Shown: positions 23,476-37,689, numbered from the stretch's first letter. The stretch: 64,000 bases of DNA from Dicyema japonicum (GCA_011109175.1 RDEW01000013.1:972181-1036180), one strand, 5' to 3'. Numbers and translations: made by a program. Notes: a model not told the origin generated them from the letters alone.

Positions 23476-24254
23476 TGTTTTATAAAATTTTATTAGATTT
23501 TGCTATACTTAGGTTAGCCATCAAAAAATTATAAAATTGGTAAAAATTAAGTTTGTCATCTCCAAATAATTATGTCCTATGGCTTTCCAGGTTTCAAATT
23601 GTGTTAGCACAGTACTTTTGGCTAAATTATTTTGATGCACTCAATCTTCCCCTATGGCTTTGAGATTGGACTCCCAAATAGGATTCGATCAATGCTTCAT
23701 TCGCTTTCTATCTGATCCTTTCACCTTAGAAGCGACCGAGACGACGGCTATCCATTAGTTATACATCTTCATTATTTTTATACTTCTAAAAATATTGATC
23801 TGCTTCCTTCTCATATGCCTTGGAGGATTACATACATATTTGACTTCCAGCCCAAGGGGATGCTCTGGAGACTTGAGAATTTTAAGGAAATATCTTCGGC
23901 GTTGTCAGATGATATTACGCGTTTTTAGTTCCAAATTGTTATTATTATGCGGAAAGCGAAATTTAAAAAATTATCATCTCATCGCTTGCGACGCACAATG
24001 GACTGTTCTTTTTCTTGAGAGTGATCTAGAATTTGATTAAGTCTCTCAGCTTAGTTGATGATCCTCCTTTGATCTTACACAGGCTCGTTTAGATCGGGAG
24101 GTCTCTCGATCAAGTTTGGCCAGGTCCCTTCCGTTGTTCTTTCAGATTGGCGTCAAGTTCCAGTGCTCCTTAGACAACTTCTCTGTTGCCCCAGAATCAC
24201 ATATATGTAACGATTGCTCTCAGAATAAAAAAACAGCATTTTTAGAGAGCAAAC

Positions 24255-24345
24255 TATTCACTGATGACGGCGTCACTGGTCAATCATAGGCATCTTAGAT
24301 GCGTGGAACCTTCAGCCGAAATTTACAGCAGCGAGATTCGATTTT
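24255..24345 (-). mobile_element. tRNA-derived SINE fragment
   Basis: TTCACTGATGACGGCGTCACT...ATGCGTGGAACCTT...CAGCAGCGAGATTCGA matches 63240-63335. Confidence 0.75.
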
Positions 24346-24399
24346 GTGACAACAACTAACCGTAGTTGTCCAATTTTTAAAAATTTTGTATTCTTTTTA

Positions 24400-26180
24400 C
24401 AGTGGAGTCGTTATTCTTAACTAGTTACTTGAAGGACACTTGAATGTTATCATTGCAGTGACCTTAATGCTAAGGAGCCACTATGGTATTCCACTCAGTT
24501 ATTAGACCCAAGAAAAGAGCAAATAACCTCAGAGTTCGAACACCTTGTAATACTGAAAAACGTGGAACTGGTCCCGGGGATCTACCGTCTGATCACTAAG
24601 CGATCATCATTGATCTCAGTCAATTTTCAATACGCACAACAATCAGACAGACTTTCCCAAACAAATTAGAACAACTTAAGGAAGAAATAGAAAGTTTCCT
24701 TGAAGACTTCTCTATATACAAATTCACGTCTCTAATTAAAGCTGTGGTTTTTTTCAATTCTGATATGTTGTCGCCTGATAAGATATAATCCCCAAAGGCT
24801 TCATCAGGGACTACAAGCCCTATGTTGAGATTATTTCTGGCAAACGATTTGATGACCCATTATTACAATACCAGTCACATTCCAATGTCTGAAAGAGGTC
24901 AACCACCACGAAGTTCCCGCAACGTTATTACATGACTTGATCCACAATGAGCGCAACTCAACTACCAAAGGCATTAATGGCCTATGTATCCTCCACTTGA
25001 AACACCTCGGACATAACGGACTCAATGCTCTCAAGACCAGTATGAATTCTCAACCCACTCGTGTTTTCATCATATGTTATGGAAGAACTCGATAATTTCC
25101 CTGTACTAAAAAACAATGCACTTTCCGAGGAGCAGAACACACATTTTATTTTAAGCAAAGAACAGTTATCATAGCTAATCGATTTTTTTATTTTTCTTGG
25201 GTGTATGTCATATAGACAATCCAGTTCCGCAGAGAAGTGTTCACTGATGACTGCGTCAAAGAATATGCGTGGAACCTTCAACCAAATGTACAGTATCGGG
25301 ATTCGAACCATGACCTTAGGGTTCTTGCTTGGCAACCGTTACATTGCGCTACCCTGTACTCAAAAATAAAAATTCCTTCACATTTACTTCTACAAACCTA
25401 TTTCTTTACCTTTGATGTATCGAAGACTTTGGAAAGCATAATCTAGAACGAGATTTCAGGGCACCTCAACTTTCCCAAAACACAACATGGTTTTCCGTCC
25501 CCTTCACTCAGCAACCTCTCATCTATCTACCTTCACACAGATTATTACAAACGGTTTTAAAAATTAATACCCCTAAAGAGATGTTCTGGTCTCATTCCAC
25601 CTGACAAAAGTTTTCGACAATTTTCGTGTGGTTCTCACAAACAGATCAGTTCATCAAATATCTCTCAAGTATGGCAGTCCTAGCTCACAAAATCCTTTCC
25701 GGAAGACTGGATCAAAATGTTTTTATTCCAATATGTCCCAGGTTCCATTACATTCTTAATGTAATCCTTCAGGGATCAGTTCTCTCCCTATCACTTTTAA
25801 CCGATACTTCAACGACATCCCAACGACCCAGAAAAGATCATTCTTGCATGCGCCGAAGACCTTATTATTCCATCCAAAGATAAAAACATTCATTTAGCCT
25901 CTTGTAATGTCGAAAGACATTTGACTTGGTTTACTAGCTTGGTAGTGACAACAGGATATCTCCATTGTCGTCGAAATCCAAAGTAACGATTCTTACCACT
26001 GACCGAGACAATTTAAGCACTTATCGAGTATATATCTCATCAGCGAACTTCTTACAGAGGTTAAATTTCCCAAATCCTCGGAGTAACATATGCCACGTCA
26101 ATCTTGTCTTTGTAGTACTTTGCTAAAAGCAAAATTAAATATCCTTCGAGTAATAGCCACTCGAACAGACAACAAAAGCA
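24400..26180 (+). pseudogene. Decayed Vingi-like LINE related to 38385-41614
   Basis: DLNAKEPLWY, EFEHLVIL, ANDLMTHYY..SHIPM, LHLKHLGHNGL and QHGF.PLHS match the intact copy; many stops. Confidence 0.8.
25205..25352 (-). mobile_element. tRNA-derived SINE nested in the decayed Vingi copy
   Basis: B-box GGTTCGAATCCC on the minus strand; the SINE body matches other copies, and Vingi homology resumes on both sides. Confidence 0.8.
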
Positions 26181-26719
26181 GTGTTTACGTTATTGTACAA
26201 TCCCACCTCCAACAAAAAACCAAACCAATTTATACATGACTTGTATCTACACGTACGATACGAACCCTCGAAGAGAACAAGATACTGGAGCACATATCCC
26301 CTGAGAGTTCCGATTCAGAACTGCTTCTTCTGGAGCCGTCAGAATGGAATTTTCTCGTTAAAGATGTTGACATCATCCATTTCTTGTCGGAAGAGAGGTT
26401 CGGATCTCTTTGTTGCTCTGGAGTCCCAGTACTCGACGTCATTGTAATGGTTCTCTGCGAGCGTCCCTTCAAGTAGCGCATTTTTTACAGTCGTCAGTTT
26501 ACTACATATTACCGAAACGGGGGATAGTAAATTCATCTTCCACGATTATCGACTAAAATAAAAGTTTCTGTTTGTCGTAAATTCAGGTTAAATGAACTTA
26601 TATTGATAGAACCAGGACACGTGCAGAAAAAGGATGCCATAAGGGAAACATGGTGTAACGTAGCACTATTGTAATTATTATTAATAGCACTTTCGAAGAA
26701 CCAAAAATGTAATTTATTT

Positions 26720-28330
26720 AATTAATGTTCCGCTTGTGCCGTATTTTTCTTCAGGTTATTTTTTTTCCACATTTCTCTTGACCAAGTTCCTCCATGCTCC
26801 GCGGTTACAGGCAGTTATTCCGAGCGTATCCAGATCATCTCCAGTTTTCAGCTTTCGTCCTACATTGGTCAGGTCCTTGTGCAGAACCTCTGACAAAGTT
26901 ATGCGAGGTCTTCCACGCAACGAGGTATTCACTTCTGGGCAGAAATAGTTATCCATTGCTATTTTAGCAGGCGTCATCTGGCTCATTCGAAGGATGTGAC
27001 CAAACAGACGCCATCTTGATTCCAGGATATCCAGACTCAATGGTCTTGTATTACATACTTTGTATAGATTCTTGTTTGTAATTTTTTTCGGCCAGTTGAT
27101 GCCAAGCAACAGTCGGAGTTGCTTACGATGGAAGGCATCTAGTTTGTCCATTACCGCTTCTGAGACACCCCAGGTTGCAGCGTTGTACATTAGGACTGGT
27201 TTCACGAAGGCATTGTATAGTCTCACACGTAATTGTGTGCTAATTTGTTTACTATGATTCTAGACTACTCCCATTTTTCTAAAGGCCGCGACGGCCAACA
27301 TCTTCCTGTTAGTGATATCCTCAGCGTCTCCGAGCAACGACCCCAATTTTTTACAGTATCTCCATTTTTCATCAGTTCGGGTTAGTTCACGGCGTATGGT
27401 AGTTGTCTCCGTCTTTTCCGTATTGATTTTGATAAACCATTTTTCTAGGACATCTGGCATCCTTGTCCGTATATAGTTTAATGTTTTCTCGTCGCTGGAT
27501 ATATAGTCGATATCATCTGCATAAATCACTTCAGTTTGAGGTAGATCGCCAATTAATAGTCTGAAGTCTCTGTGTGCCGCCTCCAGATATGTCACAAAAA
27601 GTACCGGTGACAAGGAATCTCTCTGCGGTACCCCGAACGTTGTCTCGAATGGGCAGACTCCAAATTTCCAAAACGTACACTTAGCTGCTTTGTTCCAAGT
27701 AATAGACGGATCATTCTGACACTGTCCTCGTCAACCAACTTCTCCAAGATATCCAAAAGTCTCCCTCTGTGTATAGAGTCAAAGGCTTTGGACATGTCCA
27801 TGCCAAGGATGCCAATAGCCCCCTTGTACTTTTGATGTGTTGCACAAAGCCATCGATGTCCCCAGACCACATCAGCTGTAGATCTCCCTGACCTGAATCC
27901 GCTTTGACCGTGAGAGAGAAAGTTCTCGATGTCAGATCCAATCCTGTTCAGCACTATAAGTGATAGTGTCTTGCGTAGAGTCGTCAATAGTACGATGGGT
28001 CTTAAATTCGTTAAGGGGCCTTTAGCTTTGCCCGGTTTTTGTAGTGCAATTAGTGTGCCATTACCCACATCCAGTGGTGAGTTGTATTTGAATGTTTTGT
28101 TGTATATCTCAGTTAATAGTTCAGAGATCTCGGTTGGTGCATATTTGAGAAGTTCTGCATTTATGTTGTTAGGGCCAGCAGCTCTATTGTAGTTCTTCAA
28201 GCTCGTGGTCATAGTGCCCGTTTAAATGCTTCGGTTTAACTCCGACTGTTGAATGGGCCGCGAATTTTATTGCATCGATGGTGTCTTGCCACAGCTCACC
28301 AGGCATTTTTTCTTTATTCCACTGTCTGGT
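26720..28330 (-). mobile_element. 5'-truncated RTE LINE (RT and C-terminus), related to 10840-13610
   Basis: AAGPNNINAELLK, NLRPIVLL, QSGFRSGRS, SPVLFVTYLE, YADDID, WRLFGHILRM, NRGAWRNLV. Confidence 0.92.
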
Positions 28331-30379
28331 CTTTTCTCTCAATGTATTTTGATAGCACTATTGTAAGGATGAATTCTAAAAAAATTTTATCATCTGAAAA
28401 GTAAAAAAAAAACTGTCTTGAGAAAGAAAGAACAGAAATTACACTAGGAAACTTATTAATAAAAGTATTATCGAAGATTTCCTAAATTTGACTCTAAAAG
28501 TAGAAAAACCTCTTAGTGAGAATTGAATGAATTTGGAAATCACTTTATTGAAATTGACGACAACTTTTTTTAAAATTTCGAAAATTTTGTTTTTTAATAC
28601 AAAAAAGCATAGCATAAAAATTTGACTGACAGAGTCCATTCATACTTACTTCAACCAACCATATCTCAACTCAATACGAGATCCCGAAAACAAATGGTAC
28701 CCTTTGTAATTATTAAGGTTGATAGTGAAGATGAATATCCTAATTTTAGTTACTCCCTCTTATTAGACCAGAATCGGACAATCGTATTCTCCTCTTTGCC
28801 CATAATGCCTTCCTGACACCAGAATACGGAAAACTCTTCTTTTGTACGGGCTCACTTTTAAGTTCTGTACAGAGCCAAATACACCTGTCTGATATTTGAA
28901 AGCAATGGCGCTTGTTTTGACTTCTTGTTGGCTTTCGGGTTCCTTTACTCAAAGAGACCGGGGGTAAATAAATCAAGATTTTTGTTCTAGACACACGTAT
29001 TGACACCTAATTTGTCCCATTTCTCAAAATTTTAAACCTTCTTTCTCCCTGACCTCTCCACTGGTGAAGATTACAATTATGAAAACTCATCTCTTATTAA
29101 TGAAGTGATGCCAGCGATGAAAATAGAAGAAAGTGGACCTTTTCTCCACCTATCTTCTGAGGTAGAAATCTGTAATTGACTATTGGAGGATGGATTTTAT
29201 TGGTGCAAGAAGACTTTCTCCCACGAATTTCTTCCATGGATTATTTACTGTATGTGTTGGGCTTACCAACGAGTAAGCTTAGGGTTAATAAGTAGATTGT
29301 CTTCAGTTCCTAAAATGTGAGTGAGACGTGCACATTCGAAACAAGTCAATCGATATTTAAAATTATAGAAATTATCACTTGTGAGAGAAAAGAGAAATCA
29401 GTTTTGACTCCAGTCAGGCAACGGACTTCTCATGAAACTAAATAAATTCGAGATGAAGTCAATTTGGTCAAAATTTAAATTTATGAGTCACAATCGTTCA
29501 ACATATGACTGACTGACAAGATGGTGTTCTGAAAGAAATTCACTCTATATTTATAAAAGAACCTTGATGTTATATCTACCCTATCGACTTTGAAGGGGAA
29601 ACTTTTGTGTTAACAAAAAAGGTGTGTTCCAAATATTCTAAAATTTTAGCCAAATATCTAATTGCAGTATATTTCATAAAAATTGACTTTGTCATTGATA
29701 GACTGATAAAGGGACTTTACGGATAAATCTATTTGTGATTATTTATAACTTTTTCCTCTCAAACTTGATATTAAAAAAACAAAATTTGAGATTATCAGAA
29801 TTTTTTTAGGTTTGTTCACAAAAAATAGGTTAGTTAGGGATTAGCAGGATTGTGTTGATTTTCATTCGATCTCTTGTTAATAATGTCACTGAAGACTTCA
29901 ACAGGTTGAGAAACTCGATTAGACGGAAGACTTAGGCTATTTTAACATTATGTGAGCCAATTGAGTACTCTATCGTTTGATGAAGGCATGCGATCATCAG
30001 TGTGAAATAGGAAAAGTTTTTCAGCTGTGGACAATGCAGAAGTAATTTAATCCGCAGTCTTTAAATAAGTCACTTATCATAATAGACCTTCAGGAAGAAC
30101 TTACATCGGACATTTATGAGATTAAAAAAGGGCGGATATTTTTATTAAGTATTTCTGAGTTCACATTCGAATTTAATTAACAAAAGCTTAGTTGAAGTTA
30201 TCACAGAGGGGATCGCCAGATTTGGAATAAGTCTTTCAAATAGATAAATGGAGGAGCTAAAGCTTTATGGAAACCTATATAAAGTACTCCATTAACAGTC
30301 CTTATTTCCTGAATTTAAATTAAATTGTCAGTTAATCAACAAAAAACCCGATTTTAACCCCAAAAGTGAACTAATCTAA

Positions 30380-30889
30380 TTATTCCAGTCTCAACTCAAC
30401 CGGGAAAATAGCACAAACGACGGTATTACCAAATTGATCCACGATTTTGAGTTTAATGTCCATGCAGGGATTCTATAAATGTTCAAACAAACAACCAGCA
30501 ATAAATTCGAAAAATAATCTCTTCTGAATGCAAAGCTATGTGTACTTCCAGTGATCAAATCACATTCCCGACAAATAAATTTTAATTGGTATCCTTCATA
30601 AGGTAGGATTTCATCGGGAGAACATCGGCTCCCACTAATAATAGTCAAATTTCCTCTAAAAGAAAATGAATTAAAATCTAATAAAACTCACAAACCACCT
30701 GCTCTGAACGTTAATCTGGTAGTTAATTCCGTTCTGTTTATCGATGAACCATCTCTGGTGACGTTAACAATGGCCATGTTGTCCTTTCCCTCTAAGTTTA
30801 TGTTTTTAATAGTTAATACCACAATTCTCAAAGGGGAGTTCATAGGAATTGACTTTTAGAAATAAGACACAGAAAATCGCAACGTACAT
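30380..30889 (-). CDS. Secreted ML-domain (NPC2-like) protein, paralog 2; 4 exons
   Basis: Introns 30792-30819, 30678-30695 and 30473-30495 lie at the same positions as in paralog 1. Product MYVAIFCVLFLKVNSYELPFENCEGKDN...RLTFRAG...CDLITGSTHSF...DQFGNTVVCAIFPVELRLE*; no frameshift needed. Confidence 0.75.
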
Positions 30890-31394
30890 TGTTTTATATT
30901 ATTTTATTAGCTTTTGGGAAATTTAGGTTAGCCATTAAGAAATTAAAAAAATTGGAGAAAATTAACTTTCGATTTATTGTTTAATTGAGGAAAAAACGGT
31001 AAAGGACACTACACATTGGTTTATTAGACTAAGAAGAATAAACCAAGGTAGATTTTGCAGCGAAGTGGTCGTCGCTCAATCCCACGTGAAGTCTATCCAA
31101 GGTGTTACCTATCTCATCTAAATATTTCTTTTATTATCTTTTCTAATATTTTCCCAGACAAAGAAGCGTAACAAAGGAATTCCATTTCCAATTTGACAAT
31201 TGGATTTTTTACTTGCATTTCGTCCGAAAATGTCAATATAATTGACGATTTTTTGTCTTGAACTTGGCAGAACGTAGTCAAGAAAATGATCTGAACACCC
31301 GATCTTACTATTTCACACAAAAGTTAGACGATTTTTGAATGGTCGGGCTCTGACAAAAGTTGTGAGTCACGGTTATTATCAGTTTTTTTGATGA

Positions 31395-31722
31395 CTATGG
31401 ATATAAATAAGCCGAATTCTTAATCTGCAGAGCCATATCAGCTATGGCTTCGCTTAGGCAGAACAGACAAGTAAGAATAGTTATTATACTACTCGTTGAG
31501 GAAGAACCAAGGAATGCTCTTCACTTCTTTGTTATCTTTTTCTTGCATATATGTTCTGTACAGACGATCCGGTTCCGCAGTGAAGTAAGTGTTCACTGAT
31601 GACAGTGTCACTCGTCAAGCCAAAGCATATTGATGCGTAGAGCCTTCGACCGAATGTACAGTATCGGGATTCGAAATAGGGACCTTCAGGCCTAGCCGAC
31701 ACACGTCATACTGCGCCACCCG
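31395..31722 (-). mobile_element. tRNA-derived SINE, full length
   Basis: A-box-like TGGCGCAGTATG, B-box-like TTCGAATCCC; body and tail align with 63060-63384. Confidence 0.8.
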
Positions 31723-32649
31723 GTTTTCTGTAATAATATCAACTAAAACAAAATATCGGAATTATTTAGACAGAATTTTACACACTCTGAGTGACAGTCT
31801 CCTATTGCTCCCAGAAGGATAATTGGAGATATTGCTTCAAATGCCGCACGTGGGAAATATAACTTTATATGTTTATACATTCAATTACTAATATAGTTTT
31901 TTTATTAACAACAGAGTCAATAGTTATTTGGAGAGTCCTACCTCAAGGTTGGAGTCTACATCTAGACCCTCCTCCTTTATTTTTTTATCTCGAAAAGGTT
32001 CTTTCAATTTTTTGTACGTGTACTGGATTTTTGATTTCCTCCTGTAACCGTCGATCCGATCCTTCACAGTTCTGCTATTTTGTTCTGTTATACTAACATC
32101 ATATTTTCCTCTTTGCTTAGACCATCACTCAGCTTCTTGTGTAAGGAAAGCTAAATCGCAGCTATCCTTGTTTTCTCTAGGAACAATAAAATCTTCTTCG
32201 GAGATAAGAACCATCCCTACACCAATACAGTAGGCAGGGGAGTATTATACCCTTGTAGTTGAACAAAATGCATCACGGTTTGATGGTTGAAGTGATTGAA
32301 CGAATGTCTCAATTCGTCCTTCTCCCAACACTTTTCATTTACTCCTACACAAAATACCTCTACTGTAGCGGATAATTCAATGTTCCAAACATACACAATG
32401 ATTAAATTAGATCCGTGGATATCAGTGGATATAGCAAAATCAGAACTTAGGTAACACCTAACACTTGCTCTTTTTTTTCCAACATATAAAGAACGAGTTC
32501 TTTTTCAATACATGCTTCACGAAATAAGGCCCTAAATGAATTAATGAAATTTTTTTAATATTAGATCAAAAAATAAAAAAATGAACAATGCCGAATTTGT
32601 AAATATCATTATAAATTTTATAAAATAAAATTTTGAATTTTTTACCGAC

Positions 32650-33050
32650 TTGTGGGGATTAGCGATATAGCTGTTGTGCGAAAATATTCAAAACTGAAGG
32701 ACTACGATCTACTACATTCTGAAATGGAGTCAGTTGCTTTTTTTCAGGAGGTTGGAATCCTCCCGAAAGAAAAGAAATGCCTTAAAAGACATTTGATGAC
32801 CCTGCCCCATCAGCGGAGAATACAACATGGATGTGCAATAAAAGCGGGTGTCGAACTTATAGTTCTGTCAGAAACGGTGTAATGTGGAGCTTCGACAGAC
32901 AAACAATTTATGGTGTCGGATTTGTGCTGATTATTTAGCTAATCGTTGAACACACTGATCGGTATTAGTGTATTATTAGATTGTATAGGTGGAATTGGAA
33001 AAGATAGGTCCATTGGAAATGTTTCATGTTCTCAGTAAAACTTACAAGCA
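32650..33050 (+). mobile_element. Merlin/ISXO2-like transposase N-terminal remnant
   Basis: FFQEVGILPKEKKCLKRHLMTL...WMCNKSGCRTYSSVRNG matches the Merlin N-terminal C-x-x-H/C...W-x-C...C...S-x-R-x-G zinc motif. Confidence 0.5.
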
Positions 33051-33199
33051 CGTCACAACAAAAAATTTATATTTTTTATATTTAAATTTATAGATCAATC
33101 AGTAATAAGTAAAGTCATCAAAATTCAGTAGATCGTATTATTTCTTATTTTCAGTTCATTTATGACTTACTAAAAATATTGAATATGCCTTTATTTAAG

Positions 33200-33700
33200 A
33201 AATATTGATGTCATCCTCGATCCCACACGTGCACATATTGGGCAAGAATCGGATGATTATAGTTGTAAGGTGTCTACACCTTTCAGTTCTTGCGTATTCG
33301 AAATTGGAGGCATTGGAGCTTCCATAAAATCAGCATTCTTTAACAAAATAGAAACTTTAGAAATTGTAATAAATGATATTCCCGGCTTATGCTTTGGATT
33401 CAATTTCCTTTAAAATATTCATTAATAAATGATATTCTGACAATTTCTTTCTTCGTTGAACATCGTCCAGCACGTAAAGCAAAGACCGGACTTTTTTATA
33501 TCTCGTCGGTAAGTTTACCTCCAAATCTAGTCGGTAGGTTTTATTTCTGTTTGATTGCAATAATGTCAGTTTTTTGTTCATTTTCAGAAACCACTCCCCA
33601 AATAATCTAGGAGCATGATTATGAGCAATCAACAAAATCCACTTCATCTGTCTCAAGTAAGATTTCTCCAAGATGTTTTTTTATTATTTATTCATAACCC
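33200..33700 (-). mobile_element. Probable MULE transposase remnant
   Basis: LLYVL...RKKLSEYHLLMNILKE...ADFMEA...ELKG resembles the MULE core (Y.L+..K....Y..+F..LK...DFE.A...KGC). Confidence 0.4.
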
Positions 33701-35486
33701 AGGGATCACCGAAAAAAAAGACAAAAAAACGTCAGACAGTTAGGTAATCCTAGTTCCCGCAATCAAACAAGCCATCCAACGTCTGTAGTCTCCATTATTC
33801 CTACTACCGTAGAATGTGTTGTAGACACTCGTGCAATTGAGGGACTTCGCCAACTCAGCCAGAACAGAAAATGACAATGTCACTGCTTACAAACACTTTT
33901 TATTAAAAATCAATGATTAATATTATTTTTACAATCAAATTAAACAAATAACTTAAGTTGACATTATGGATTTTCGGTTGCAAATTTATTACAGTCAGAT
34001 TTCGAGATAAACTCCACAACTGAAAAATCTCATAATTAGTTAAATTATTATAATTCCGCACTATTAGTGGTACACATCACCGAAATCACCAAGAGCATCA
34101 CTTGAATAAAAAGATGCTGTAAATAATGCAGTACCAACGATTGAAATGCGGTTTAATCCTTAGAGAGTAGGGAGATGAGGCTCAATCCTTAGAATTGATT
34201 CAAGGAAAGTAGAAAGATCTACTTTTTATCTCAGATTTAATCACTCAATAAAAATTGATTTCTTCGATCTGTCGATTTGACATTTTGTTAGATATAGTAA
34301 ACTCTCCCAAATTTGCCATTTTTGGTCCCAGCATTTTTTGCGGCAAATTTGGGAATTAGCAAACTTCAGAATTTAATCAATAATTTTAAAATATTTTAAA
34401 ATAGTTATTGGGTAACTTTTCATCAATGAAAATAACTAAATTTGATTTTATTACGATAAAAAGCCACGACGTACGTGGAACCCGGTGGCTTCTCCAGTTG
34501 ATCTCTGTTGCAATCGTGAAGGGCAACGCAACGTCGATAATGTCGGCGGGGTCCACTTTGGATGGATGGCAGTTTTAAATATGATTAACTGTAAATATGG
34601 TTTTCTGTTTTATTACGAAAAAATTTATTTTAAATAATGAAGTATTAAATTTTATCGAAATAAAATTCAATTCCCATTTGTTTCTTTTTTTATATTTCTG
34701 ATATTTCCATTAAATCTTCAAATAGATGTTATAAGGACAACGTCCTCTTCGTTTTCAACGTTCTCAAGAAGATCCTTTTCAATTTCGCTTAACTTGGATG
34801 CTATTTCATTTTTTTTTAGAGGTTTTAATTCAGTAGTTACTTTCATGGGATGAGCATCTCATCATCAATTAATGATGTTATTTCTTATTCAGAATAATTT
34901 ATAGTCATACATTCTTCGATTTCATCGGATCGTGAATATCCGTATTAGATGATATTTCTTATGTTCACATTTACTAAAGGTGTGCTAGTACCCGATTTTT
35001 TAGAATTTGAAAACAAATGTTGATTATTTAGGGGATACATCTTCCCAGGTCATTTTTATAAAAAGAACAGTGAATTAATTAAAAAAATTTCTTGTGACTT
35101 GAAGCTTGTAGCAAGAACTCTGCCGAAAGGGAAATATCTATGATGTATATAAGTTGGGGAGGAACACTGTAGACTAGACAAAGATTTGATTCTGTTTACG
35201 GATATATGATTAAATTCAGTTTCCGGAAATCAATTTAAAACATTGCCAGAATTATTGCTGCTCATTTTACTCTTAAAAATTTGACGGCTCAAATGGACCG
35301 CTTTAAGAAGCGTCATGAACAATTTTTTAAAACAATTTCTGGTGAAGGTATTCCTGCTTCAAATTTTAATTAAAAATTTTTTTGACAAAGTTTAACATGG
35401 AAGAAATTTTTGTTTTTTTCATAAAAAATTCAAATAAATTATCTGTCACGAAAGTTGAAAATTTTTTGGTAAAAAAACCTGTAAAG

Positions 35487-35740
35487 CAGTGGAACTCAAC
35501 CTTTCTTGGTCGCGGACCCCCAACATACTTTTGCAAGTTTTTTATCAAAAAATTATTACTTTCTAAAAACACAATTTGTTATTAAAAAGGAAATAAAATT
35601 AATGAGTAAGTTGATGTTGTTTTTTTGAGGCAATTTTTCAATTTGAGGCTCGGTTCGACAAACATACTCTGATAATAAAGGTTCAGAAGTATCTCACGGA
35701 CCCCTGAAATCTTTCGCGGACCCCAGGTTAAGAACAACTG
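35487..35740. mobile_element. hAT-type MITE (254 bp) with an 8-bp TSD
   Basis: TIRs CAGTGGAACTCAACCT / AGGTTAAGAACAACTG; flanks CTGTAAAG (35479-35486) and CTGTAAAA (35741-35748); subterminal CGCGGACCCC repeats. Confidence 0.85.
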
Positions 35741-36589
35741 CTGTAAAAAAAGATATCAGCCCTTCTATGAGTATTATTAAAAATAAAAAGTTAAACTCGT
35801 TGGTTTTTGGAAAGTTAAATCACCGAGGTGCCTTAGAAATATAAGAACTGAGGATTATGGAGTACTAAGGTTAAATTATTCATGTAGGTTATATACATCC
35901 TAGAATGCATGGATGAGTAGTTACTGAGACTGGCTTAGCTTAGTAGATTTGGAAGAATAGTTATTAAAAGAACAAGGAAATACTTATAATTAAGGTTTGT
36001 CAACAAACATTTTTTCGACAAATATATTTATGGCTTTCAGAACAGACTCTAATGGTACTACATTGAGTTTCGATCAAGTCCTGACAGACTAAGTTAGTGA
36101 ATTCACACTATTACAAGAATTACACATTAATCGACAAGTTACATGATTCTCATAGTCATTTGGTGGACATTTTGAAGATCTACAATGGCTAGGAGTTCCA
36201 TAATTCTCACATTCTGATATTAAAGTGGATATTTGTATAATCGATCGGCGGGCCGTTGTTGTCACAAAAATCTCCACAATGATTTTCTAGCTGCAGAAGC
36301 CACCCTGCAGTCTCCCATCTCTCTCTCTCGATATAATTCTCATTCCTTGACCTTCTCATCATACTGAGCTGTTCCAATATTTAAGGTGGAATTCGCACTC
36401 CTTATGGATCCCATATGTTTCGAGACTTTAAGAGGTCTTGAGACATTTTTAACATTCTCGTTCTGGTTATAAGTGAAAACTAAGTAGTAAATGCCTAAAG
36501 AATGAAAAATTTCATTACAAAACAGTAACACCAGTTCTACTGCCAATTTCATTAAAATTATACCGCTGAATTGATTTTATCAGTGTATT

Positions 36590-36870
36590 TATTCTCATGG
36601 AGCAGCTGCTTCGACTGCGGAGAACCTAAAAATCAAGAAATATTCTTGCCTCGGGGATCGCTACCGATTTACTCCTGTTGCAACCGAATCATCGGGAGCC
36701 GTTGGTCCAATCAGGGCTGAGTTTTTGCGAGAACTCAGAGGATTGCTTGCCAGAAAGAAAAGGGATCAACGAGAAGGGTTATGGCTAAGACAAAAGATTG
36801 GAATAGCCATACTCCGAGGAAACTCGTTCGCAATCCACGCAGCAGGCTTCCTCAACTGACATTTGTTTAA
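36590..36870 (+). mobile_element. CRE-like LINE 3' end (RLE C-terminus)
   Basis: GAAASTAENLKIKKYSCLGDRYRFTPVATESSGAVGP...LWLRQKIGIAILRGNSFAI* in an open frame, followed by an AT-rich tail. Confidence 0.8.
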
Positions 36871-37689
36871 TTGTTAAAAAATTATTTTATTTAAAAAAAA
36901 TTATTCTCATTAAATATTAATTATGAGGGCAAGTATAACCACTTCCTATTTTGAGTAACCTTATTTCAGTAATTAGTTTTATTATTTAAGAAACCCAAAT
37001 ACCACTTGAAAAGGCAGTAATGGTTCACATTCTGTGCGATTGCTTTCAAGAAAGTGGGGATAGCATAAATTCATTGTCTTATTTCAAAAAACTAGGACAT
37101 CTGGTCGCACTAAAAAAGTGAAATTTGTGAAACTTAATAACTCCTCCATAGATCTTTATTGCTATCATGAAAGACGAGAACGTGTATATTATATAGGCGA
37201 GGATAAACGTCTAGAGCTTTATCTCCTTTAAGGTTTAATTACCCCAATTAATATGTATCTCACTTTGGTCGTTATACATCTCATTTTGATTGGTGAACTT
37301 AGAATTCATTTATTTTATAGCCATAATATGTCCATGGTGATTACGCGTCTCTTACTGGCTACATATAACCTGTCTTAACTGTCAGGTGTTATGCTTGATG
37401 TGGTTGTTATCATTTGTTTGTTAAAAATGAATTAAAATGGCTATAATTGCATATTTACTGTAAATATGCAATTTGTAAAAAAAAGTCAAAAATAAACTGC
37501 AATAGTTATATAGGAATAAAGATACTCTGACCCCAAATGGGTCATAAATTCTCCAATTTTGAGATTTTTATTTTTTTGATAAATAAATCTGTTATTTTCA
37601 TGTTATTTTGTTCTATTTCTTAGTGAATGCACGAATTTTTAAGAGTTTTTTGTTTGACTACATTCAAATGCATTATAATTACTTCCTTG

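Noticed and set aside
34463-34575. U6, U4 or 5S RNA from short matches (ACAGAGA on the minus strand, ACCCCGCCG, ACTTTGGATGG)
   Set aside because: The neighbouring invariant motifs (e.g. the U6 AGC triad and ISL) and the expected stems are absent.
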